The notes under the pieces were generated by a model, which was not told the DNA's origin, did not search any database, and saw only the letters and a list, made by a program, of their open reading frames with translations. A stretch of 64,000 nt of DNA from Alphaproteobacteria bacterium RIFCSPLOWO2_01_FULL_40_26. Lineage in GTDB: Bacteria; Pseudomonadota; Alphaproteobacteria; Rickettsiales; UBA1997. How positions within the stretch are numbered: the stretch's first letter is position 1; the number at the start of each line of letters is the position of its first letter. The position numbers and the translations under genes were made by a program. The DNA lies in NCBI GenBank assembly GCA_001767955.1, contig MEMO01000016.1, positions 39,404 through 103,403 of the forward strand. Direction: 5' to 3'. Of the stretch, positions 47,177-56,425 are shown one piece after another.

Positions 47177-47623
47177 TTACCTCTTCAATCTAAAAAAATC
47201 TTGTAGCAGTTTTTGCGATTCTTTTTCGCTGATTCCAGAATAAATTTCTGGTTGATGGTGACATGAGGAGCTATGGAAAATTCTGGCGCCATTTTCAACT
47301 GCGCCAAATTTCTTATCGCTTGCGGCATAATAAATACGTTTAATTCTGGCCAGAGAAATTGCGGCGGCGCACATAGCGCAAGGTTCTAGAGTTACATAAA
47401 GATCGCAATCATCAAGCCGTGATGAATTTTTAACTTCAGCGGCTTGGCGCAAAACCAAAATTTCAGCATGAGCAGTTGGATCATGTAATGTTAAATTTTT
47501 ATTGAAGGCTTTGGCAATAATTTTGCCATGCTCAACTAACACAGCGCCAACCGGTACCTCATCATTTTCAAAAGCGATTTTTGCCTGTTTTAAAGCCTCA
47601 TTCATGAAGTGGTTTTTTGTCAT
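47177..47623 (-). CDS. tadA: tRNA adenosine(34) deaminase
   Basis: HAE...PCAMC zinc motifs, 148 aa. Confidence 0.9.
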   Translation of the reverse strand: MTKNHFMNEALKQAKIAFENDEVPVGAVLVEHGKIIAKAFNKNLTLHDPTAHAEILVLRQAAEVKNSSRLDDCDLYVTLEPCAMCAAAISLARIKRIYYAASDKKFGAVENGARIFHSSSCHHQPEIYSGISEKESQKLLQDFFRLKR

Positions 47624-48411
47624 GAGACTTTTACTTTCTTAAAAATTTTAAAAAAATTTTCTGTGGTTTTTTGAGCAACTTTTTCAGCTGGAATTCCTTT
47701 TAGATCAGCGATGAATTCAACAACCTGGCGAGTAAAGGCTGGCTGATTAATTTTGCCGCGATGGGGAGTGGGGGCAAGATAAGGCGCATCAGTTTCAACT
47801 AGCAAAAATTCCAGCGGTAAATCTTTAACAATTTCTTGCAAATTTGTGGCATTTTTAAAAGTGACTATGCCAGAAATTGAGATGTAAATTCCCAAATCAA
47901 CAGCCCTTTTAGCCAAATCTCTTGAACTGGAAAAACAATGCAAAATCGCTGGAAATTCAGAATTTTTTTGTTCGGAATCTAGAATTTCAGCCATATCATG
48001 ATCGCAATCACGACTGTGAATAATCAGTGGCAAATTTGTTCCACGTGAAGCCTGGATATGTTCTAAAAAAGAAATTTTTTGCAGATCGATTGTTGATTGA
48101 TCGTGATAATAATCGAGACCGGTTTCGCCGATTCCGATAATTTTTGGATTTTGGCAGATTTTTATAATTTCTGCCGCAGAAATTTTTGGCTGTTCTTTGA
48201 CATTACACGGATGAATTCCGGCCGAAGCGTAAATAAAATCATATTTTTTTGTGTAATTGAGCAAATTTTCAATCTCGGTAATGCGCGTGCAAATTGTTTG
48301 CAAAATTTTTACATTATTTTGTAAAGCATTTTCGACAATTTCCTCGAGCTTTAAACCTTTTTGCTCAATCAAATCAAGATGGCAATGTGTATCGACTATA
48401 TAGCTATTCAT
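47620..48411 (-). CDS. tatD: TatD-family metal-dependent hydrolase
   Basis: ATG 48411 gives MNSYIVDTHCHLD. GETGLDYY, LIIHSRD and VETDAPYL motifs. Confidence 0.9.
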   Translation of the reverse strand: MNSYIVDTHCHLDLIEQKGLKLEEIVENALQNNVKILQTICTRITEIENLLNYTKKYDFIYASAGIHPCNVKEQPKISAAEIIKICQNPKIIGIGETGLDYYHDQSTIDLQKISFLEHIQASRGTNLPLIIHSRDCDHDMAEILDSEQKNSEFPAILHCFSSSRDLAKRAVDLGIYISISGIVTFKNATNLQEIVKDLPLEFLLVETDAPYLAPTPHRGKINQPAFTRQVVEFIADLKGIPAEKVAQKTTENFFKIFKKVKVS

Positions 48412-48913
48412 GAAGATTTTTTCTGATTTTACTCGAAGAAATATCAAAATTTTTTGTGAAAAAAATCGAATATTTTCCCTGTTTTATGAAATTCCACGCA
48501 GGAAATTTTTTAATTTTTAGCAGAAATTTTTCACGCGCAAAAATTGCTATATGAATCATTGAAATTAATTTTTTGAAATTTTTCCAACGGTGAAAACTTT
48601 CCAGATTATCCGCGCCCATTATCCAAAAAAACTCGATATTTTTATATTTAGCTTTGAGTTTTTTGATTAATTTTTCGGTATGAATTTCATCAAAATGATG
48701 AATTTTGAGCCTGGAATGATTCCAAATAAGTTTTTCGCATTTTTGAAGGCGAGACACATAACCCTCATAAATTTTTGCTTCTTTCAGCGGGTTTTGTTTG
48801 GTTGCAATCCACCACACTTGATCAAGGACGAGTTTTTTTATGGCCAAATCGCTGATATAAACATGCCCCTGATGCGGCGGATTAAAGCTACCGCCAAGTA
48901 AACCAACTCTCAT
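48404..48913 (-). CDS. nadD: nicotinate-nucleotide adenylyltransferase
   Basis: GLLGGSFNPPHQGH motif, ISSSKIR near the C-terminus. Confidence 0.88.
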   Translation of the reverse strand: MRVGLLGGSFNPPHQGHVYISDLAIKKLVLDQVWWIATKQNPLKEAKIYEGYVSRLQKCEKLIWNHSRLKIHHFDEIHTEKLIKKLKAKYKNIEFFWIMGADNLESFHRWKNFKKLISMIHIAIFAREKFLLKIKKFPAWNFIKQGKYSIFFTKNFDISSSKIRKNLHE

Positions 48914-48929
48914 CGTAAGCTAAACTTAT

Positions 48930-49000
48930 CGAAGCACGATGCACACTGAACCAAGTTCAGTGCAAGCTGCGCGATGCACGAACATTTTGTATTAATAACC
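48930..49000. repeat. degenerate family A-like copy (A4)
   Basis: cgaagcacgatgcac[actgaaccaagttcagt]gcaagctgcgcgatgcacgaacattttgtattaataac resembles the right arm of A2. Confidence 0.5.
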
Positions 49001-49004
49001 ATCA

Positions 49005-49862
49005 TTATCCCGCAATTATTGCCGTTAAAATTAAAACCCCAATCCACAAATTGGCCTTAAAAATTGCCATGCAATTTTTGGAATTTTTGAAATCACATTT
49101 TTTGATTTTGTAAATCAGAAAAAAGAATGGCAAAAAAAGAATGGCAAAAAAATCTGTTTTAAATTCTTCGCGTAAACCAAGATAAATCAAGCCCAGATAC
49201 ATCATCACACTCAATGAAAGCAGAATTTTTTTTGGACTATTCTGAAACTTTATTGCGGTTGATTTGACGCCGATATGCAAATCATCTTCGATATCCTGAA
49301 AGGCATAAATTGTGTCGTAAATCACCGTCCAGATCATACAGCAGAAATAAAGGATTAGCGAGCTGACATCAATAGTTTCAAGGATTGCCAAGCTCGACAT
49401 CAGAATTCCGAAATTAAAAGTCAGACCTAAAAAAATTTGTGGATAGTAAGTGATGCGTTTCATCAGAGGATATGAAATCACAAGCACTAGCGCAAAAAAT
49501 CCGCTTAAAATTGTTTTGAGGTTAAATTGCAGCAAGATCAGCAAACCCAAAAACAATAGCAAAGTCAGTAAAATCAAGGCTTGGCGACGTGAAACTTTTC
49601 CACAAACCAATGGACGATTTCTGGTGCGCGCTACCTTTTCGTCAAATTTCTGATCAAATAAATCATTGATTATGCAGCCAGCAGAGCGCATCACAATTGA
49701 TCCGATAAAAAATAAAAAAATTATATGAAACGTTTCTACGACATTGAGTGCAGGCAATTTTTTTATCGCCAAAAAAATGCCAAAAAGACATGGCAAAAAT
49801 AGCAGCCAAATTCCGGTTGGCTGATGTAATCTTACAAGTTTTAGATGGTTAGAAAAAAGCAT
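49005..49862 (-). CDS. ubiA: 4-hydroxybenzoate polyprenyltransferase
   Basis: NDLFDQKFDEKVARTRNRPL and the second Asp-rich motif YAFQDIEDD. Confidence 0.9.
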   Translation of the reverse strand: MLFSNHLKLVRLHQPTGIWLLFLPCLFGIFLAIKKLPALNVVETFHIIFLFFIGSIVMRSAGCIINDLFDQKFDEKVARTRNRPLVCGKVSRRQALILLTLLLFLGLLILLQFNLKTILSGFFALVLVISYPLMKRITYYPQIFLGLTFNFGILMSSLAILETIDVSSLILYFCCMIWTVIYDTIYAFQDIEDDLHIGVKSTAIKFQNSPKKILLSLSVMMYLGLIYLGLREEFKTDFFAILFLPFFFLIYKIKKCDFKNSKNCMAIFKANLWIGVLILTAIIAG

Positions 49863-49870
49863 GATTAATT

Positions 49871-50107
49871 CCTCGATAACGCTTAAGAAAATTTGTAATC
49901 ACTTTACTCTCCATGGGTCATTTACCACTCACAAAATATTACCCCTCACAAAATATTACCCCTCACCCCAACCCTCTCCCACAAGGGGAGAGGGAGTAGC
50001 GCCGAATTCGGACTAACTCCCTCTCCCCTTGTGGGAGAGGGTTGGGGTGAGGGGTAATGTTCTTCAAAGAGTAAGGTTGAGAGCATTTTTCCTAAGCGTT
50101 ATTGGGG
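49871..50107. repeat. composite palindrome C2 (family C shell with family D core 49956-50057)
   Basis: Termini cctcgataacgcttaag / cctaagcgttattgggg. Core ttacccctcaccccaaccctctcccacaaggggagagggag...ctccctctccccttgtgggagagggttggggtgaggggtaa. Short tandem ttacccctcacaaaata units on the left arm. Confidence 0.9.
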
Positions 50108-50217
50108 TTAAATTAATAATTAATAACAGGCTTAGGCTCAACTTCTCATTTTAATTTTTGATCTTTGACTTTTGATTTTATTCATTAGTTTCCGCGCACG
50201 TTTAAACAACTGATTCT

Positions 50218-52227
50218 ATGCATAAATTACTGATTGCCAATCGTGGTGAAATTGCCTGTCGCATTATCAAAACCTGTCGCAAAATGGGGATTAGAACCGT
50301 GGCAGTTTATTCCGATGCCGATACTAATTCGCTTTTCGTGCAAATGGCTGATGAAGCCATAAATATCGGCCACTCTCCGTCATCACAAAGCTATCTCAAT
50401 GTTGAAAAAATTTTAGCAGCGGTGAAGAAGACCGGCGCCACCATGGTTCATCCTGGCTATGGATTTTTATCAGAAAACCGCAATTTCGCTAGCGCGCTCG
50501 CAAAAGCCGGTGTGATTTTTGTTGGTCCGTCAGTTCATTCCATCGAAATGATGGGCGATAAAATCCAGTCAAAAAAATTGGCGTTGGAAGCCGGAGTTAG
50601 CACAGTTCCTGGCCATATGGGCGTCATCAAAGATGACAAAGAAGCGATAAAAATTGCCGAAGAAATTGGCTTTCCGGTGATGGTTAAAGCCTCCGCCGGC
50701 GGTGGCGGAAAGGGAATGAGAATCGTGTGGAAAAAAGAAGAAATGGCGGAAGCCTTTCTGTCCGCTTCAAACGAGGCGCGCAACAGTTTTGCTGACGATC
50801 GCATTTTCATCGAAAAATTTATTGAAAATCCGCGCCACATTGAAATTCAGGTTTTAGCCGACAAGCAAGGAAACATCGTTTGCCTTGGCGAACGTGAATG
50901 CTCGATTCAGCGCAATAACCAAAAGGTGATTGAAGAAGCGCCGAGCTCTTTTGTTGATGAAGAAACGCGCCAGAAAATGTATGAGCAATCCAAAGCTCTG
51001 GCCGCAAAAGTTAGATATTATTCTGCCGGCACCATCGAATATATCATGGATAAAAACAGGAATTTTTATTTCCTCGAAATGAACACGCGCCTGCAGGTTG
51101 AACATCCGGTTACCGAACTAATCACCGGCCTCGATCTGGTTGAGTTGATGATTAAAATCGCATTTGGTGAAAAACTGCCTTTCAGACAGGAAGATATCAA
51201 ACTCAAGGGCTGGGCCATGGAATCACGCATTTATGCTGAAGATCCTTCGCGCGGCTTTTTGCCTTCGTCAGGCCGCATCAATCTCTACATCGAGCCCGAA
51301 AAAAATGAGCATGTTCGCGTTGATTCCGGCATTTATGAAGGTGGCGAAGTTAGCATGTTTTATGATGCGATGATCGCAAAACTTTGCTCCTACGGACACA
51401 ACCGGAATGAAGCGATAGAACATATGCGCCACGCTCTGGGAAGCTTTGCTATTGGCGGCGTTTCGCACAATATCAGCTTCCTTGAAACTATCATGAAAAA
51501 TGAACGTTTTGTTAATGGCGATATTTCAACCAGCTTCATCAAGCAGGAATTTCCGGCAGGCTTTTCTGGCAGCGAACTGGATTCACAAGCCGAAGAGGTT
51601 CTAATCGCTTCAGCAATGGAAATTTTTCTCAAAAATTACGAGCGCAACGGCCATATGACCGGCCAGCTGCGCAATCGTGAAAAACAAATTTCCGAACGCT
51701 GGGTGGTGATCATTGACGATAAGCCATATCTGGTAAGCATTGTCGATAGAAATGATGAGTTATTGGTTCTCGAATGCGATCACAAAGAAATCACTATCAA
51801 AACTTCGTGGAATAATGGTGAAAAGCTTTTCCGCGCGATTGTGAATGGCAGAAATGTTGGGGTAAAAATTCGTGAGAATAACAATACTGGAAGCTACTTG
51901 CTGCAATATTCCGGCCTTGATGCTTTCATCACCGTCTATTCTCCGCGAATTGCCGAGCTTTCAAAATTCATGCCAAAAATTGAGAAAAATGCCAAGCCGG
52001 TAAACATGACTTCACCAATCACCGGAAAAATCGTGCGCTTTAAAGTGAAAGAGGGTGAAGAGATAAAAGCCGGACAAGAGCTGGTAATCATCGAAGCAAT
52101 GAAAATGGAAAATTCCATCCGCACCGATCACGATGTCAAAATCGGCAAAATCAAATTCAAAGAAGGAGAGACAGTGGCAATCGGGCAGGTGGTGATTGAG
52201 TTTCTTAGAGAAGATGTTTTGGTATAA
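50218..52227 (+). CDS. biotin-dependent acyl-CoA carboxylase alpha subunit (biotin carboxylase + BCCP), propionyl-CoA carboxylase-like
   Basis: MHKLLIANRGEIACR, GGGGKGMR, EMNTRLQVEH, C-terminal biotinylation EAMKME. No beta subunit adjacent. Confidence 0.9.
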   Translation: MHKLLIANRGEIACRIIKTCRKMGIRTVAVYSDADTNSLFVQMADEAINIGHSPSSQSYLNVEKILAAVKKTGATMVHPGYGFLSENRNFASALAKAGVIFVGPSVHSIEMMGDKIQSKKLALEAGVSTVPGHMGVIKDDKEAIKIAEEIGFPVMVKASAGGGGKGMRIVWKKEEMAEAFLSASNEARNSFADDRIFIEKFIENPRHIEIQVLADKQGNIVCLGERECSIQRNNQKVIEEAPSSFVDEETRQKMYEQSKALAAKVRYYSAGTIEYIMDKNRNFYFLEMNTRLQVEHPVTELITGLDLVELMIKIAFGEKLPFRQEDIKLKGWAMESRIYAEDPSRGFLPSSGRINLYIEPEKNEHVRVDSGIYEGGEVSMFYDAMIAKLCSYGHNRNEAIEHMRHALGSFAIGGVSHNISFLETIMKNERFVNGDISTSFIKQEFPAGFSGSELDSQAEEVLIASAMEIFLKNYERNGHMTGQLRNREKQISERWVVIIDDKPYLVSIVDRNDELLVLECDHKEITIKTSWNNGEKLFRAIVNGRNVGVKIRENNNTGSYLLQYSGLDAFITVYSPRIAELSKFMPKIEKNAKPVNMTSPITGKIVRFKVKEGEEIKAGQELVIIEAMKMENSIRTDHDVKIGKIKFKEGETVAIGQVVIEFLREDVLV

Positions 52228-52248
52228 GCGATAAGTTTTAAAAATTTT

Positions 52249-53550
52249 ATGTTATTCGAAATATCGGTAATCGTCATTTTATTGTTGCTAAACGCTTTCT
52301 TTGCCCTTTCAGAGTTTGCCATCGTGTCCTCAAGCAAATATAGGCTGAAAGCAATGTTTAAGTCCGGGGATAAAAGAGCGAAGGTTACCTTAAAATTGGT
52401 TGAAGAGCCCGCAAAATTTCTCTCTACAGTCCAGATAGGAATCACATTGGTTGGAATCCTCGCCGGAGCATATGGTGGCGCTACTATTGCAGAAAAGTTA
52501 GAGCCTTATTTTGATTCAATAGCCTTAATAAATCCGAATGGAGAAATTGTTTCGGTAATGTTGGTAGTGGTTGTAATCACTTATTTCTCAGTCGTTTTTG
52601 GTGAATTGCTTCCAAAACAAATTGCCCTTTCGAATCCCGAAAAATTAGCTGTTAGAGTTGCGCCAGTGATGAATCTGGTTTCTGATATTTTTTCACCTTT
52701 AGTGAAATTATTGGAATCTTCCTCCGTGATCACGATGAAGATTTTTGGGGTGGTTAGAAGCGGTAACAAAAAAGTTACCGAGGCGGAAGTAAAAGCAATG
52801 ATTGATGAAGGCGCCGAGAGCGGAGCTATCAACCGGGAAGAACAGGATATGATGCAAAGAATCATTAAACTCGGGGATAGAAGTGTGAAATCCATTATGT
52901 CTCACAGAACCGAAATCACTTTCTTTGACAAAAATGATAGTTTGGATTCGATAAAACAAAAAGTGCGCAACTCGCGTCACGCGAGATATCCGGTTTTTAG
53001 TTCAAATGAAAGAGAGGTAGAGGGCGTTATTGAGGTAAAAGATATTCTTGAAGCTGCGATATCGTCAAAACTTTCGGATATTGGCGATTTTGTTAAAAGA
53101 CCAACAATTTTACCGGAAAATGCCAACTGCCTGCAGGCTCTAAAAATTTTTAAAACCAGCCCGACTCATTTAATCACAGTGATTGATGAATATGGCGATA
53201 TGCAGGGAATAATAACCTTATCCGATATTTTAGAGGCTATAGTTGGAACAATTTCTTCAAATTATTCCGATGAGAAAAGACCTCACATAATCCCTAAAGA
53301 AAATGGTTCCTGGATGGTTGATGGCATTACTTCAATCCATGAAATTAATCTTGAAATCGGCATAGATGAAATCTCAAGCCTTGGTTCTTATGAAACAATA
53401 GCAGGTTTTGTTTATCAAAATTTAGGCGGAGATCTGAAGGAAGGGAACGCGCTGAATCTATTCGGATATAGTTTTGAAATTATCGATATGGATGCCCATC
53501 GCATCGATAAAATCCTGATTAAAAAAAATCCGCCGGTTTTGGAAGTGTGA
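52249..53550 (+). CDS. CNNM/TlyC-family protein (DUF21-CBS pair-CorC_HlyC)
   Basis: N-terminal 4-TM DUF21 (LSEFAIVSS), CBS region, C-terminal transporter-associated domain. Confidence 0.85.
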   Translation: MLFEISVIVILLLLNAFFALSEFAIVSSSKYRLKAMFKSGDKRAKVTLKLVEEPAKFLSTVQIGITLVGILAGAYGGATIAEKLEPYFDSIALINPNGEIVSVMLVVVVITYFSVVFGELLPKQIALSNPEKLAVRVAPVMNLVSDIFSPLVKLLESSSVITMKIFGVVRSGNKKVTEAEVKAMIDEGAESGAINREEQDMMQRIIKLGDRSVKSIMSHRTEITFFDKNDSLDSIKQKVRNSRHARYPVFSSNEREVEGVIEVKDILEAAISSKLSDIGDFVKRPTILPENANCLQALKIFKTSPTHLITVIDEYGDMQGIITLSDILEAIVGTISSNYSDEKRPHIIPKENGSWMVDGITSIHEINLEIGIDEISSLGSYETIAGFVYQNLGGDLKEGNALNLFGYSFEIIDMDAHRIDKILIKKNPPVLEV

Positions 53551-53581
53551 ATGAATACGGAGAAGGGGCGGTGAAGGTAAA

Positions 53582-54514
53582 TCAAAAAACATAGCGACTC
53601 ATTAACCATAGAAGGATCGCTTTTTGTATATGCAAACGGTTTTCAGCTTCGTCAAATACTGCAGATTTTTTGGAATCAATCACATCGGCGCTCACTTCAA
53701 AACCGCGATAAGCCGGCAGACAATGAGTAAAAATTGCATGGCTTTTTGCCAGTTTCATCAGCGCTGAATTGACCTGATATGGTCGCAAAAGATTAATCTT
53801 TTTTTGTTTGAGAGCATCATCTTGTTCGGACAAATCGCCCATGGAAAACCAAGTGTCGGTGATGAGCACATCAGCATCTTTTGCTGCTTTTTTTGCATCT
53901 TCAAAATAGAAAATTTTGGCGCCGTTTTTTTGTGCTTTTTTGATTTCGATATTACAAAAATCGAACTCTCGCGGCGAGGAAATTCTCAATTCAAAATCAA
54001 AGGCTTTGGCGGCATGGATGTAGGAGTTAAGCACGTTGTTTTGATCGCCAAACCAGACAAGTTTTTTGCCGGAAATTTTTCCCAAATGTTCTTCGACTGT
54101 CAAAATACTGGCAAGAATTTGGCAGGGATGAGAAAAATCGGAGAGCGCATTAATCACCGGAATCGAGGAATGTTTTGCCAACTCTAAAATTGTCTGATGC
54201 GAGTTGGCACGAATCATGATACAATCAACAAAACGCGATAAAACTTTGGCAGTATCGGAAACAGCTTCACCTTTGCCAAGCTGCATGTCATTTTTGTTCA
54301 TCACGATAGCATGTCCACCAAGCTGATTCATACCAACCTCAAAGGAAACACGCGTGCGAGTTGAGCTTTTTTCAAAAATCATTGCCAGGTTTTTGCCTGG
54401 CAAAAACTTTCCGGATTTCGCTCCTGATTTTTCTTTTTTCAGATTTTTCGCCAGTGATAAAATTTTGCGCAATTCCTTCGCCGGAATTTTGTCAAGATCG
54501 ATGAAATGTTTCAT
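53582..54514 (-). CDS. argF: ornithine carbamoyltransferase
   Basis: STRTR, HPCQ, DTWFSMG and HCLP motifs. Confidence 0.88.
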   Translation of the reverse strand: MKHFIDLDKIPAKELRKILSLAKNLKKEKSGAKSGKFLPGKNLAMIFEKSSTRTRVSFEVGMNQLGGHAIVMNKNDMQLGKGEAVSDTAKVLSRFVDCIMIRANSHQTILELAKHSSIPVINALSDFSHPCQILASILTVEEHLGKISGKKLVWFGDQNNVLNSYIHAAKAFDFELRISSPREFDFCNIEIKKAQKNGAKIFYFEDAKKAAKDADVLITDTWFSMGDLSEQDDALKQKKINLLRPYQVNSALMKLAKSHAIFTHCLPAYRGFEVSADVIDSKKSAVFDEAENRLHIQKAILLWLMSRYVF

Positions 54515-54586
54515 TGCAAATTTTTTAAGGAAGCGGCAAAAACTATGGTTGGGCTCGCTTTTGTCAAGGCTTCAAACAAACTCTCA

Positions 54587-55753
54587 ATGTCAAAGAAAAT
54601 TTTTATCGTCAGCGGCGGAACCGGTGGTCATATTATTCCGGCGCGTTGTCTTGCCACGCATCTTGCCAAAGAAAATTGTGAAGTGATGTTTTTTGGTGAT
54701 ACCAAACTCACCAATTATACTAAAAAAGAAGATCGCTTTCCTTCAATCATCATCAGCTCTTCGCAAATAAAAAAATCGCCGTTTTTTTTACTTAAAGCGA
54801 TAACCAGAATTTCATTTGGAATTTTACAATCTTTTTATTTTTGTCTGCGCTTTTATCCACAATATGTAGTTTCATTTGGCGGCTATGCCACCTTTCCGAT
54901 GCTGATTGCGGCAATTTTGACCAAAAGAAAAATAATTCTTCATGAACAGAATTCTCACCTTGGAAAAGTGAATAGAATTTTTGCCAATTTTACCAAAAAA
55001 ATTGCTATTTCATTTCCTGAAACTTCGGGGATTTCACAAAAAAATCTGTCAAAAATTGCACTCACCGGCAATCCGGTTCGTGAAGAAATTTTTGCGCTCA
55101 ACAAACTTGCTTACACTTTGCCAAAGCCAGAGGAGATGGTAATAATGCCAGACAACAAAATGGGATATGATGTGATTCTGGCATCTGATTTTTATGAATC
55201 GGAGAAAGAAAGGCTAAAAGATTTTTTCAAAATTCTGATCATCGGCGGATCCGGCGGAGCGAAAATTTTCAGTGAAATTCTACCCAAAGCCTTCTTCAAT
55301 CTCGGCGGAAAATACAAGGATGATATTCAGATCATCCAGCAATGTCGTAGCGAACTGATGGAAAAAACTTTCGAGCAATATCAGGCCTTCAATTTAAACA
55401 TCGTCATTGATTCTTTTTTCGAGAATATGGATGAGCTGATTCGTGATTCACATCTGATAATCGCGCGCGCCGGATCATCTTCGATTTTTGAATTTTGCGC
55501 CGCCAAAAAACCAATGATTTTGATCCCATTTGCCGCCGCTGCCGATAATCATCAGGAAAAAAATGCGCGCTATCTTGAAAAACATGGCGCGGCGATTGTC
55601 ATCAAAGAAGAAGATTTTACCATCAACAAAATCAGCGAGGTTTTAAAACAGCTTATCGACAATCCGGAAAATCTGCAAAAAATGTCGGAAAAATCAGGCT
55701 CTTTGGCAATGCTGAATGCAACTAAAGACCTAAAAAGACTCTGTGATTACTGA
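54587..55753 (+). CDS. murG: undecaprenyldiphospho-muramoylpentapeptide beta-N-acetylglucosaminyltransferase MurG
   Basis: ATG 54587 gives MSKKIFIVSGGTGGHIIPA. C-terminal ARAGSSSIFE...ADNHQEKNA. Not in a dcw cluster here. Confidence 0.9.
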   Translation: MSKKIFIVSGGTGGHIIPARCLATHLAKENCEVMFFGDTKLTNYTKKEDRFPSIIISSSQIKKSPFFLLKAITRISFGILQSFYFCLRFYPQYVVSFGGYATFPMLIAAILTKRKIILHEQNSHLGKVNRIFANFTKKIAISFPETSGISQKNLSKIALTGNPVREEIFALNKLAYTLPKPEEMVIMPDNKMGYDVILASDFYESEKERLKDFFKILIIGGSGGAKIFSEILPKAFFNLGGKYKDDIQIIQQCRSELMEKTFEQYQAFNLNIVIDSFFENMDELIRDSHLIIARAGSSSIFEFCAAKKPMILIPFAAAADNHQEKNARYLEKHGAAIVIKEEDFTINKISEVLKQLIDNPENLQKMSEKSGSLAMLNATKDLKRLCDY

Positions 55754-56258
55754 AACTCCGAAACCAACAATTGATTCGATAAAAACTCCCGAATTCATTG
55801 CCTTGCCAAATGTTGAGACTGAAATTTCCATTGCAGAAATTTTGAAAGAAAAACGCCAAAATCTGAAATTGAGTTTAAGCGATGTCAGCGCTTATTTACG
55901 CGTCAAAGAAAAAGATATCATCTCCCTTGAAAACAACGAAATAAGCAGAATCGCCAAATACCTCTATGTTCCGGGACTGGCTCATGCTTATGGAAAATTT
56001 TTGAAAATTGATGAAAAAATCATTGAAGAAAAAATCAAATTTCTTGGCATCAAACAAAATACCGAAAACAAAAAGCACATACTGATCAACGTTGGTGAAA
56101 ACACCAGTCTAACGCCAAGCAAAGATATGATCTTCAACTTCACTATGATTTTTATTTTGCTGTTTCTTTTGATGCTCTCCGCCTACAATTCATACGAAGG
56201 CAGTGATAATTTAACTACCAATAAAAATCTGATTTCTGAGTTCAAGAATGAGTTTTAA
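55743..56258 (+). CDS. short RodZ-like protein (HTH domain plus one TM)
   Basis: HTH segment IAEILKEKRQNLKLSLSDVSAYLRVKEKDIISLEN followed by TM IFNFTMIFILLFLLMLSAY. GTG start overlaps the murG stop. Confidence 0.5.
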   Translation: MITETPKPTIDSIKTPEFIALPNVETEISIAEILKEKRQNLKLSLSDVSAYLRVKEKDIISLENNEISRIAKYLYVPGLAHAYGKFLKIDEKIIEEKIKFLGIKQNTENKKHILINVGENTSLTPSKDMIFNFTMIFILLFLLMLSAYNSYEGSDNLTTNKNLISEFKNEF

Positions 56259-56260
56259 CC

Positions 56261-56425
56261 TAAGAACCTGTCCTAAATCTTTTTTAACCCCATATTTTGC
56301 CCTGTTTTGGCTTATTTTTTGCCAAAATTTTTCAAAATATGTCCATATATTTATCAAAATTTTGACAAAAAAACGCTCAAAACATGACAAAATCTGTGAT
56401 TAAAAAAGATCTAGGACAGGTTCTA
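56261..56425. mobile_element. MITE-like palindrome family G, copy G3
   Basis: taagaacctgtcctaaatctttttt...aaaaaagatctaggacaggttcta, 165 bp, TA-flanked. It contains the annotated ATG of the AsmA-like gene. Confidence 0.8.

Noticed and set aside
46930-47193. Mirror-image ORFs 46930..47193 (+) and 46934..47137 (-)
   Set aside because: Both are generated by the G2 palindrome, which gives similar peptides on both strands. There is no coding support.
49956-50057. The family D core (ccctctccc..gggagaggg..ggggtgagggg) reminded me of GC-rich REP/boxC-type repeats in other proteobacteria
   Set aside because: I cannot verify any homology from memory. I report it only as a local repeat family.
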